A stretch of DNA of 64,000 nucleotides from Chrysemys picta bellii (taxonomy: Eukaryota), in assembly GCF_011386835.1 (NCBI RefSeq), contig NC_088796.1:54622001-54686000 (forward strand), written 5' to 3'. Below, one piece after another: positions 36,421-48,461 of this stretch. How positions within the stretch are numbered: the first letter of the stretch is position 1; each line of letters opens with the position of its first letter. A program made the position numbers and the translations under genes. The notes beneath the pieces were generated by a model that worked only from the letters and a program-made list of their open reading frames with translations, was not told the origin of the DNA and searched no databases.

Positions 36421-37933
36421 CATCAACTAGTTAGAGTCTGCCATGCTTGGGTACCCTTTCTCTGCCACCACCTCCTCTTGCTCCATCATAAGCTGTGTCA
36501 GGTGCCTGTGATAGGTCAGACAATGCAGCCAAAATGTCCCCCCCCCCCCATGTCTCATGAAAGCTCTGCCCATTTTCTGACACAGGAGTGAAAGCACAAG
36601 CAAGAGAAGTTCTTCAAAAAGGTGCCTCCTCCATGTTGCTGGTTCCTTTAGCTGGGACCAAAGTAACTGCTCAGCAGACTGTGTTAGTGGGTTGGGGAAA
36701 CTTCTTGCAACATGCGGGGTGGACAAATAAGCTTTCCCGCCATGCACCACAGTCAAAGGTCTAAAGCAGCCACATTTCAGAAGGGTGCTAAGGAGTCTGG
36801 GATATGTCTGGTTTTACTCAGGTCTTGCATAGTAACATGGATAGCAGAGATCCAAGTTCAAGCCTGGGTTAGAAAAATCTTAACCTAGGGTTAACAATCA
36901 GTGCTCAGACTTGGTTTCTCTAACCCATGGTCACAGCTAACTTGAGTCCCAGTAACCTGGGCTTACATTGCAGTGTGGACATACATGTTTGACCAATTGC
37001 CTTTTCCTTGTCATTTCTGGGTCAGTTCTGCTTCCTCAATTCAACATTAATCAGCATGTGAGTCAGATACAGCTTGTAAGAGAGACTCAATTTGGCTATT
37101 TTATCTATAAATAGCACAAGTAATCTTCACTTCAGCAAAGTCATCTTTTTGATCTGTTGAAGCAGCTTTTTGGGGGTGCTTTTAAAAAAAAAAAAAAAAA
37201 AGTCTTCCCTGTCATCTCAGCTGTAAGACTTCCTAAATGACTGTTTTACATCGGAGTTCTGTGGCAATGAGTATGGGGAAAAATGACAACCGCCTTCTCT
37301 TTACTGATACTTTTCATTGAAATAAAACTTATTTACATCACTCAAATGAACAACTTTCTATGATGAAATGCCCGCTTTGGTTGTTTACTTTTGTTATACA
37401 GTATAGTGTCCTTATACCAGTGTTTGGTCCCTTCAGAGGACAGGACAGGGTTGGTAGTTTTAATTATATTGCTTTAATCACAAATATTTAACAGCAGCAG
37501 CAACAAAAAACATTAGAATAGCTGATTAAAGTTTGGCACTAGAAGAGATTTCAAACAAGAAAAAAAGAAAGCAGCATTATAATTTGGTGCTTCAAAATTC
37601 TCAATCAAAACAAGGGAGTTTACATTGGAAAGTTCAGTTCCATACCTGTTGTGAAATTTAGGGTAAGATGATACCTAATTCTAGTGGCCATGTAAATTAA
37701 TTATTTTTCTTTGGCTGCACTTTGCAGCTTCACCATTGATTTCTCGTCCAAATTTGACCCTACTTTTCTATCGGTCATGTCTTCAGTTCTGATTTTATAG
37801 AACGCTCCTTTTGGAAGTTTAAAAGAGATTCTAGGGACAGTCTCAGAACTCAGTCTGTAATGGGTATGCATGAAATCATATTTTTAAACACCAAAAGCCA
37901 TTATTATAATAAATGTCAACTGAGCATGTACAG

Positions 37934-38536
37934 GTTTCAGAGTGGTAGCCAGGTTAGTCTGTATCAGCAAAAAGAATGAGGAGTACTTGTGGCACCTTAG
38001 AGATTAACAAATTTATTTGAGCGTAAGCTTTTGTGGGCTAAAACCCACTTCATCGGACGCATGCAGTGGAAAATACAGTAAGAAGATATAGACACACACA
38101 GGACATGAAAAAATGGGTATTGCCATACTAACTATAATGAGAGTAATCAGTTAAGGTGGGCTATCATCAGCAGGAGAAAAAAAAACGTTTGTAGTGATAA
38201 TCAGGATGGCCTATTTCCAACAGTTGATAGGAAGGTGTGAGTAACAGTAGGAGGGAAAATTAGCATGGGGAAATAGGTTTTACTTTGTGTAATGAGCCAT
38301 CTATTCCCAGTCTTTATTCAAGCCTAATTTAATGGTGTCAAGTTTGCAAATTAATTCCAATTCTGCAGTTTCTCATTGGAATCTGTTTTTGAAGTTTTTT
38401 GTTAGAGTACTGCAACTTTGAGGTCTGTAATCGAGTGACCAGGGAGCTTGAAGTGTTCTCCGTCTGATTTTTGAATGTTATAATTCTTGACGTCTGATTT
38501 GTGTCCATTTATTCTTTTGCAAAGAGACTGTTCAGT
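37934..38536 (-). mobile_element. Penelope-like element 3' fragment (GIY-YIG C-terminus plus pseudo-LTR)
   Basis: Reads QSLCKRINGHKSD...EHFKLPGHSITDLKVAVL...ELELICKLDTIKLGLNKD, followed by non-coding terminal sequence ending CTCTGAAAC. Confidence 0.93.
38021..38060 (-). ncRNA. Minimal type I hammerhead ribozyme relic within the PLE terminus, probably inactive
   Basis: Minus strand: GCGU-CCGAUGA-A-GUGGG(UUUUAG)CCCAC-AAA-AGCU-U-ACGC. Stems I and II pair, and loop III is the palindrome AGCU. The core differs from CUGANGA/GAAA at U4 and G12. Confidence 0.7.
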
Positions 38537-40910
38537 ACCCAAGCCCATCATGTTACTGATTACAAGGAATTTTAAAGACATTACATTGAGAGAAGTCAAG
38601 AATGGACAATTCCTAGGACCTCACTTCAAGCTGCTAAATCAGGGATGTGGGTAGAGTTAACAGAGAGCAAAATCATTTAATTAGGAAGCTTTGTGCCTCA
38701 CAGGAGAATGACCGAGATTAAGGAGGGTCAGAAGAAAACTTTGAGGTCTGTTCTTTCCACTGCTAGAACTGCTGGTGTTGGCACAGGATTTTGTTCTCGG
38801 TCCTGCTGTTTTTGAGGTAACCAGCAAGTTAACTAACAGAAAAATAATTTGGGGAGTTGAGATGGATGATTAATTTCAGCCCAAAGAAACATTTTCAAAG
38901 AAGTGTATAAATTACAAATAGAGAGTCTTGGAATGGAAATACCATCTCTACCATAAACATGGTAAAGTTGAGGTTTATCTTTTAGTCATATATGTTTCTT
39001 CCTCCATCCCCTAAACCAAATGGACTCGCATCCCTCAATCATATGCGTTAAGGATGTCATCTTTACTTTATTTTATTTCTGTCAGATTGTAAAAGAGCCT
39101 TAATGTTATTTAAATCTATATCTAAAAATCTAGATTTAAGTTTCTGAATAGGGAAAAAAGGGGACTGGGATTATTTGCAGCACTAATTATTACAGGATTG
39201 GCTGCATATGTTTAAGCATTTCTTCTTTAGAAGAAGTTAAAAATGGAAAGTAGCTGCCAGGTCAGCCTCAAACAGAACACAAACTGACAACTAGATAGAT
39301 TAGGCATGAGCTGAGGCTTATTGAATCTCCTCTTCTAGTCACCAAAAATAATGGAGAACTACAAATAGAAATAAATGTCATGGAATCCTAGCCTCCTACT
39401 GTGTAATTTCACAGTAACTATAAAGGCAGCATCTGCCACATTCATTCAGAGTTGACAATTTTCAGATGGTGAGGTACACGGATTTGTTTAAAGTTATTTT
39501 TAAGTAAAATGCTACGGAAACCAGCAGTTCCGCTCTATTTTCTTCCTTCAAAGCAGTTTATATCAGACATTTCTGTCTCTCAAAGAACACCTATTTCAGC
39601 CCATGTTTGAAGGCATTTTCTTTTTTGGTTTGTGAAGTCCTGTACTGCACATGTGCACACAAATTTAGCTATTTCTGTAAGTCTGAACAGAAAAAGACCC
39701 TGAACACCAACATTTCAGAACTACCTAGGCACTAGCTAAAATATCTCTGAAGATCAAGGGCCAGTGCATTCCTGGTGCAACCCCATAGGTCTAGGTCGCT
39801 CTTGGGTTTTAATAATATTCATGTTAGACATCTGTAGTGTCTGCTTCACTGTGTCTGTTTTCCTCTTGGCAATGAATCCTTTGTTCTCGGTAGGATTTCT
39901 CATGATGAGCTGACAGTGAAAAGAGGCAAATATTTTATCTTTGAGGTATCACTGAAATTTTCTTTGACCTTTTTATGTACAGTAGTTTTAACCCTGGATT
40001 CTGAACCCAATTATAGGATTTGGTGATTAACAGAATTTACATCTTTATGTATAATTAAAATGTAGCAGAGCTAGACTATTCAAATTGATATTTCAGAAAT
40101 AGAATAGTTTTCATTCTTTCAAGTTGAAATGATTGTAATTTTCTGCTCATGCTCCTGATCTTTCTAGGTCTCTTCATCATATTTCTCTTTAACTGTTTAC
40201 AACTTCTCTTGGTTTAGTATAATCCACTGGCTTCATCCAAGTGCTGTTTAGTCCCTCTTGCAGAACATAAGTGAAGATGTTAAATCAGATTGTACCTAGT
40301 ATCACCCCACTGGGCACTTAACTAAAACATCTTCAGATTTGCTCCTCACTACTTAATAGCTATTGAGGGCAGATCCTCAGCTGATGTAAATAGTGGCAGC
40401 ATGGGGGCAGTGAATGGGAAGACATCCAGGATTGCTGAAGGAAGACTTTGGTACCCCGAAAGGGGAAAATGCAGTGACCTGGCCGGAGGGGTGAGTCATG
40501 AAGAGTGACCAGGAGGCAGCACCATCATAGCAGTGAGTGGAGCACCCCAGCAGTCACATCTGAGGAAAGTAGTCCCACAGATTTTTATGCCACTGCATTT
40601 GTAACTACAAGGACATTTACACTAGCAAACTGCGTCCAAAACTTTAATACATTTGTTACAGTAAGTTTGATTTTTAGCTGTTTGTTTGAATAAAGGGTTT
40701 TAAATTGCTCACATGTATAGTAGCACCTGATGCAAAATAATCTGTGTATACAAACTGGGTTCCATAATTATCTGTAAAACAAAAATCGGTCAAGAATATT
40801 GATGTTACTCTGCATTGAAGATGTACTAGAGTATTTTGACATGTAGTAGAATAGCATCTGTGTGATGCTTCTGTGATTTACACCCAATAAATAAAAATGA
40901 TCCTCTAAAA

Positions 40911-41179
40911 CAGGGGTCAGCAATGTTTGGCACGCGGCTCGCCAGGGTAAGCACCCTGGCAGGCCGGGCCAGTTTATTTACCTGCTGATGCGGCAGGTTC
41001 GGCTGCCCCAAGCGGCTCGCCCGCGCCGCTTCTTGCTGCCCCAATTGGCCCAGGACGGCGAACCGCGTCCAGTGGGGGCCGCGATCGGCCAAATCTGCCG
41101 TGTCAGCAGGTAAATAAACTGGCCCGGCCCGCCAGGTGCTTACCCTGGCAAGCCGTGTGCCAAACGTTGCCGACCCCTG
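40911..41179. mobile_element. hAT-Charlie-type foldback MITE (269 bp)
   Basis: About 90-bp imperfect TIRs (CAGGGGTCAGCAA / TTGCCGACCCCTG). Flanks CTCTAAAA and CGCTAAAA match at 7 of 8 positions. Confidence 0.9.
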
Positions 41180-42437
41180 CGCTAAAACAACGTTTCAGGT
41201 ACAAACACAGTAGCAAGTACAGTTACCTTTAGAAGCTTTAAAAGTTTTTATTGGGACCTCATTCTGCTGTGCTCATCAAATCACTAGATTTCACAGAGTA
41301 GCTGAGTCCATTTGCTACTCATTCTCTTACAGTCTACTCTGTCCCATAGGACAAAAAAATTTCCAAATAGGATTCTGTAATGTATTCCAGACCATCTTTT
41401 GTGGCTGAGATGTTAAAGTAACATCAGATGTTATAAGTCACCTGAAAGTTTTAATATGCCTGTGGATTAATTTGTTATGAAAAAATAATGCAAATACTCT
41501 GATGGGTGACCATATAGCAGAACAGGAAATCTTGGGGGGAAAAACACACCCAAGGGTTGCAGACTGGGTAATCACATTTGTACCTTGACACTAAAATATT
41601 TTATATCAATAAACTTGCTTGATTCAGTGGACAAAAAAAAATGAATTGAATTTGGTCCTGACTAATTACCGGGGGTGGGGGGGTGGATACAGTTATAACA
41701 AACTGATATTGTTCCTTATGTTTCAAGAAACTAAGCCCAAACCAAGTGCTCACCAGGTGCACACTGAGAGGTAAGTTGGTTGACTAGATGATTTCAAGAA
41801 AAATAAGAGAATCACATTTTAGGAATTGCTGTTCAGATTATGAAACATCTGAATTATTTTGCCAAATAGTCTTAAGTAGAAGAGCCCTCCAGCCTCCCAT
41901 TAGAGTTACTACTGGACAATACTTGACTGGCCTGGATGGGTTTTTTTAATGGATTTACCAGTTGCCAGAAAAATAATTTAATCTGCTGGGGTTTTTTATA
42001 TGGGTCTAAAGATCCACAAAATCACCACAATACACTGCGATATCTAATGTTAAAAGTTTGTGTCCAGCTAAAGGTGCTACAGCATTTCAATTTCCACAGT
42101 TCAGTGATAACACATATAGATAAGGTTAAGAAAATGTTCTCTCTCTCTTTCTAGATACTATAAGTGGCTGCTGAAGGAGGAGGTTGCAGAGTTGCCTTGC
42201 AGTTGGGGCGGGGGAAGGGGAGAGAAGGTGATTTTTTTTTTTTTTTTAGCATTTCAAAGGCCGTAACCCTACCTCTCATTCACCCAAAGCAAGTGACTAG
42301 CCTTTCCTTCCTCCAACCCAGCACCTTCTTCCTGATCTCAAAAGCTCCAATTCTAAGAGCCTCTACCTTCTTTCCCTACTTAGTCATCTTTTTTCCTGTA
42401 TTGCTGAGATCACCCTATAAAATATTGTCGATTTGTC

Positions 42438-43121
42438 TGTGACAGACCTCTCTACTCACTGCCAGATGGTGCCTCCTCCTGGACATCCTGGGGATTAGCT
42501 CTACTAGTCAGCTGCACTCTATCATTCAGTCACTTCTTCACTCTATGGACCCTCCCTCACTCCAGGAGGGATAGCTTCCTCTGCATGACTCAGTCCTCCA
42601 GACAGGTCACTCAGCAGTTTCCCCTTCTGGGGGGGCCTTTCTAGGCCTCTCTCCACAAACAGCATCAGGCAGTCCTCACACTCCTGCCCTGACTATATCA
42701 CTCCAGCAATGACTCTGGTAGTCTTCATATCCACTGCCCTTAGCAAAACCTACAGTGGTTGAAAGGAGGAACCAGGCTCACCTTTTACTCTGGGTGCCAG
42801 TCCAAGACCCTGCAGTGAACAGTTAAGATTTGCATCTACACCAACCTTACTATTCTTAGTCCTGGATACTTCTCGATCATACTTCTCTCAAGTAGCAGCA
42901 CTATAATCTTCCTGTCTGCAACTTCCCAGAGCTATTTGCCACCTTTTGGCTTTATAGAAGCCCTGCCTGTTCCCTCACAGGTGAGCTTCCTTCTAATTAG
43001 CTCCCTCCATACAGCCTAAATCTCCTCCTTTCCCTACCCCCTCCAGCTTAATTGGAGGATTGGGCCCACTTGGCCTTAATCAACTCTTGCAGGGCTAGTG
43101 TAGGGATTATTCCCCATCACA
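42438..43121. mobile_element. Solo LTR (~680 bp)
   Basis: TGTGA...TCACA termini. Flanks TTGTC and CTGTC match at 4 of 5 positions. Confidence 0.65.
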
Positions 43122-43787
43122 CTGTCCCCTTCCCAGTTCTTGCCTTCCCTGTCCTCTGATAGTCCCCAGTCTTCTTAGCAGAATTGTTCCAGGAACATTT
43201 TAAAAACTGTTAGTAGCTACCAACAGAAGGATAGACCTGATGGAGAATCCTGGGTCTGAGGTTTATAGAACTCCAGAAGAAATACTATGCTGTCCCTATG
43301 AGCTTTGTTAGGAATTAACCCAGAGTGCCTTTAACTAAGATTGTGGACATAAGATATTTGCATTATTTCCTGTCTGCAATATCTAGTAAAAGACTCTTTT
43401 CCTGCTATCATAAATGTATGTGTGAATGCTTCCTGGAACTCACCATCAAGTGAGAGAACCTAAGATTCTATAAAGTGTTTGCTTCTGAGTTTGAGGTATT
43501 TCTGGCTGCATTATCTAGAAGAGCCTGCTGTACCATGATATCATGATCAGCACATCAGGTAGGTAATTTACTGTTTTAATTTATGTGTTGGCACTTTTAA
43601 AGATAAGCATTTCTACTGAAAAAATTTCAAACTAAGAAATGTTTCTTCATAGACATGTTGTAAAGTAGTAAAAGAATTTAGGTTTGAAATTTTTTTTTGT
43701 TTGTTTATTTGTTAGTATCACTTATGGCACTTTATGAATAATAGTAACATTAAAAAGAGAATATTAAACAGGTAATATGCCTTAATA

Positions 43788-43971
43788 TACCTCTACCCTG
43801 ATATAATGCGACTCAATAGAACACGGTAAAGCAGTGCTCCTGGGGAGGGGGGGAGGGGGGGAGGGCTGCGCACTCCAGTGGATCAAAGCAAGTTCGATAT
43901 AACATGGTTTCACCTATAACGCAGTAAGATTTTTTGGCTCCCAAGGACAGTGTTATATCGAGGTAAAGGTG
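43788..43971. mobile_element. Tc1/mariner (pogo/Tigger-like) MITE
   Basis: TIR (C/T)ACCTCTACC..GATATAA / TTATATCGAGGTAAAGGTG flanked by TA. Same family as 59969-60149. Confidence 0.8.
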
Positions 43972-44084
43972 TAGCTGTATTTTATTTGGAAATTACCAAT
44001 CCTTAGCTTTTAAGGCCCCAATCCAGCAAAACAGTTAAGTATGAGCTTAACTTTAACCACATGCATAGTCCCATTTAGATCATT

Positions 44085-44190
44085 GAGATTCACAGAGTCC
44101 AAGGCCAGAAAGCACCATTGAGATTGTCTCGTCTGACCTCCTGTATAACACAGGCCATAGAACTGCCCTAAAATAATTCCTAAAGCCTTT
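44085..44190 (-). mobile_element. Short CR1 3' end inserted in a palindromic MITE (~44010-44250)
   Basis: CCAAGGCCAGAAAGCACCATTG...GTCTGACCTCCTGTATAACACAGGCC is a CR1 3'UTR-type sequence. The two flanks (CTTAACTTTAA / TTAAAGTTAAG) mirror each other. Confidence 0.6.
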
Positions 44191-47100
44191 CAGAAAAATA
44201 TCAGGTACTTAAAGTTAAGCACATGTTTAAGTTCTTTCCTGGTCTGAGGCACTAAGAGCAGACTATTTTTTTTTAAATGTGAAGATTTATCCTATCCTGA
44301 CGTAATCTTGTGGTATTGTAACTCTTAATTACATCTTAGATTCTAAACTGGCTACTGGAGGCCAGTGGGGAAAATTGTCCACAGGAAGTTTTCTATCTTG
44401 GTGATAAATACTTGTACTCAAACTTATCTAAGATGACAAAATGATTTTATTAAAAAATAAAGGGCTGTATGAAGTTTCACAGCAGTTGAATTCCAGTAGT
44501 GATATAATGGAAAACAGTGAGAAATGTTTTATTTTTTAGGAGGTGAAAATTATAATTTAATCCAATTTTCCCTATGATGATTTATAAAACGTCTTGAAAA
44601 TATTCTTATGTCTCCTTTCAAGACAATCTCATATTTGGCGGCTAGAAGACTGATGAACTAATGTACAAAGTCCATTCAGCATAATACAATGAAAAGTTAA
44701 ACAGGAAAAGGAATAGTAAGAATTTATCAGTGGGAAGAAACAAGATATATTCCAAAGAGCAGTCAGGAAGCAAATAAGGATAGTCCATGTCCTCTTGAGA
44801 TCTTCTGCCTGTAACTGATGTAGAGGTTAGAATGGTAAATGTACCCCTTAGATAGAAGATAACGAGTACAGTTGAGGAAATTGTCTAATTAGGCCAGTGC
44901 CTGGATCTGTCTACACAGCCTCAGAATAGGGTTCCCAGAAGTAAATGTAATCAGCTTGAGAGGATGCAGAACCAAGAGGTCCAGGATATCTTGTTTTTCC
45001 CAGGACAGGTTTGCCCACCATCATAATACCTTGGAGAAGTATCAATTTGGCCATAGGATAGCCCTCTCCCTTGTTGTCACCTATATGTGTTGTACCTCCT
45101 GGAAGCAAAGCATACGTAGGCACAGCTCAGAGGTGGCAGGACTCAACGTTGGTTTTAAAGCATCTAAGTAGTTTGGGCTGATTAGGAGATGAAACAGCCC
45201 CCAGTCTAATTTAGCCTGCCAAGAGACATGCTCCTAAGTTACAGCACACTTGCCTGAGATACCTTTGAGCAGCTCTGCATTGGAGCTACCTGGAATGGCT
45301 ATAGCAGCATGTGCTATGGTCTCTCACTTTCCTGCCCTTACCCCTGCTCTGGCTGTCTTCCTATGTCAGGGGTTGTAAGGGGACTTGCATAATACAGGCT
45401 AGCAACCCTATGCAGTGCCTGCATCAGGGGAAATCTCCTCCAGACATGTAAAGAGCTTATTTTGGCACCTGCACAATGACACAGCACTGTTCAGGGGTGC
45501 AGCAGAGAGGAGAATTCCTTCCCATTAATCTGAAATATGAATAAAGTGGATACACACAGTGTTTAAGTGAAGAAATGTGGGGATAGGGCATTTAAAGACT
45601 ATTTTTTAAAAGTTCCCTTAAAACACAATTCATCAATAAACTTCCCCCACTTTAATCAACATTCCACCCCCACAAATATACCAGTTCTGCTGGTGAGAAC
45701 AAACATCCATTTGATTCAAAGCAAAGAAAAACAGGTTTGTTGTTCTGGATCATGGCCACTTCTGTGCAACGACATCAGCGGATACGGGTAGCTAAGAAAT
45801 GTTCATGAAGCTATACGAAAGTAAAATAAATCTGAAGTGACAGCTACATTTTGGTTCATAGCTCATTCATCCCCATATATTTAAAAACAGAAGATTTCAA
45901 ATTGGACAGTTTCATTACCAATAATCACTTCTCTATGCATGCCTCATTATATCAGTGCTAAGACTTATTAGCATGTTGAACTGGACAGCCACTGGCCAGT
46001 TTTGTATTACAAAGTGTTTCATTATTTCATTATTATTTTGCTCCCAGTGTAGTCAATGCTATGCAAAACATATTTCAGAAAGGTTTGCACAACATCAAAT
46101 GAGCTATTATTATACTGCAACAAACCAATGTCCATCTACAGCATAGCTGGTTTCCAAGTGGGTATGGCTGGATACATAATAAGACAAACTAAATTCCTCT
46201 CCATCTCCCTACTGCACCTAATTGTGTTTTGTTTTTTCCAAACCAAATTATTTGGGGGCAAAGAGTACAGTAAAAGTAGTACTGAGAAACCAAGACTAAC
46301 CACGTAATTCCTCCTGTCAACCAGTTAACAGCCCTTCCAAATTAAGAAGCCATGTGTCCCCATGTTCTTAAATATAGAACTAAGTTTTCAAATATATTTG
46401 TGCTAAATGAGGTCTTACAGAATGTTGCTTCCTCAAGTAAATTTATATATTCAGTAACACAAGCCCTTGGAGATTGTACTTCAGGAAGGGTCATGGCATA
46501 ATACAATACACACTTCCACAATACAGTAACTCAGAACCTTTCACCTAGAAACACACTTCAGCAGGAAATAAGGACTTTTTCAATGCATTTTGTATAGAAA
46601 TCACCACATCAATAACTCAGTGTATCAAAGAACTGCCTGAACAACTTCCATTTGCTGATAATAGGAATTATATCAAACCTAAATTAAAGGAATATTTTAG
46701 CCAGTAGCAGTTGTTTTAATCTTTTGCCATTTTGAAAGGCTTTTTTTTTTCCTTCAGTACATTTCCTCTTGAAAACAGAGGTCAAAAATATGATAACTTG
46801 CCGCTAAAGCAACCACAGCAGGTTTGTAAAACAGCACTGTGAAAACCAAATATAAAGTCTTCCTGGGGGTGGGTTCACCACTTCCCTTCCCTACCATGCA
46901 AGAACTCATTTAATTCAAAAGATAAAAACAATAGCTGTGTACAGAATAACTTGACACTAGAGATGGCTCTGGGTCAGCGTACCATTGACATTGTTTATTA
47001 GAGACAAGCACCCAAATTGTCTGTGATACTTATGTTTGAGGTCCCCAATGATATATATGATTATTAATAGTGTATTATTAACTTACTTTTCTTTTGCTGT

Positions 47101-47586
47101 TTATAAAAAATGTGATTGGGGTGGATTTTTGTTCTGGTAATTATTTTGTTTCAGCAGAAAAATATTTTAATAAAAATTACTGAAGCAGGACTTGAGAGAA
47201 AAAAGCATTCCCATAAAACTCTGTGAATGCCTACAGTAGATAGAATAGGGATGAGTAAACCAGTTCAGATTTGAAAAAAAAAAAACCTACCTTAATATTT
47301 GTCCCAGTCTCAAACCAAACCAGAATCTGAATCTTCCCACTTCTAAGAGATTTGATTAATACATTTAATATCTCTCTTTTCAATTTACTCATGTCTCTGC
47401 ACTTCCTCATTTTTACCAGGACTAAAAGTGAGGAAAATATAATAAAGGCTGTTCACACAGTGTTTCTGACAGGATTGGAACCAGGAAATGCTGGATATCT
47501 TGCAAGTCAGCCTGCTCTTGTGGAGTTTCCAGCCCCAAAGTGGCTGGAACTCAACCAAAATGGGCCCCCCCCAATACCGCCACACA

Positions 47587-47809
47587 GGGTGTCTACACTG
47601 CAATTAGACACCCACAGCTGGCCCATGCTAACTGACTTGAGTTCAGGCTAATAGGCTGTTTAATTGTGATGTAGATGTTTGGGCTCGGACTGCAGCCCAT
47701 GCTCTGGGACCCTTCACATCGCAGGGTCCTAGAGCCTGGGCTCCAGCCCAAGCCTAAATATCTATACTGCAATTAAACAGCCCCTAAAGCCTGAGTCAGC
47801 TGTGTAGCC
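47587..47809. mobile_element. Harbinger-type MITE, right end degraded
   Basis: Starts GGGTGTCTACACTGCAATTAGACACC and has a palindromic interior. Confidence 0.7.
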
Positions 47810-47894
47810 ATATGCAGAGAGTCCAATTGTCTCCAGTAGGATTCCTCCTCAAGAGAGTCTCTCAGCCTGCCAAAGCCCAGTTGTGAGTGGAATG

Positions 47895-48461
47895 TAGGGT
47901 TACCATATTTTCAGCCTCCAAAAGGAGGACAGTCCACAGCCCCCGGCCCTGCCCCCGCCCCAACTCCGCCCCCTCCCCTGCTTCCCGCAAACATTTGATT
48001 TGCGGGAAGCCTGAAGCAGGTAAGCGGGGTGTGGGGGGAGGAGGCGCGGCCCAGTCGGGCCCCCCCCGGCCTCTCCAGCTTGGGTCGGCTCGGGCCCTGG
48101 GGTGCTGGCCCCGGGCACCCCCGGCCCGCTCAGCACCCCCCGGCCCGGCCCCCGGGCTCCCAGCCGAGCAGCCCCGGCCCGCTCAGCACCCCCCGGCCCG
48201 GCCCCCTGGCCGAGCACCCCCTGGCACCGCCGGCCCCAGACCCCGCCGGCCCCCTGCGCTCGGCCCCGCCGGCCCCAGACCCCGCCGGCGCTCGGCACCG
48301 CCGGCCCCCAGACCCCCCTCGGCACCGCTGGCCGCCGGCCCAGCCCCTCCGGTCCCGATTTTCCTGGACATGTCCGGCTTTTTGGGATTTCCCCCCGGAT
48401 GGGGATTTGGAGCCCAAAAAGCCGGACATGTCCGGGAAAATCCGGACGTATGGTAACCCTA
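47895..48461. mobile_element. Very young GC/CpG-rich hAT MITE (567 bp)
   Basis: Perfect 13-bp TIR TAGGGTTACCATA / TATGGTAACCCTA. Perfect 8-bp TSD GTGGAATG (47887-47894, 48462-48469). Confidence 0.96.

Larger units (their letters stand above)
32100..36984. mobile_element. Degenerate autonomous-type PIF/Harbinger transposon (~4.8 kb)
   Basis: Convergent Myb/SANT gene (+) and DDE transposase (-). Right TIR CAGTGTGGACATAC at 36971-36984. The left terminus is degraded, so the start is approximate. Confidence 0.85.

Noticed and set aside
44911-45171. Opposing 70-71 aa ORFs, considered as DIRS or transporter fragments
   Set aside because: No diagnostic motif aligned convincingly in any frame.
47950-48460. 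CpG island marking a host gene promoter
   Set aside because: The CpG density is confined exactly between TIRs with a TSD, so it is a young transposon rather than an ancestral island.
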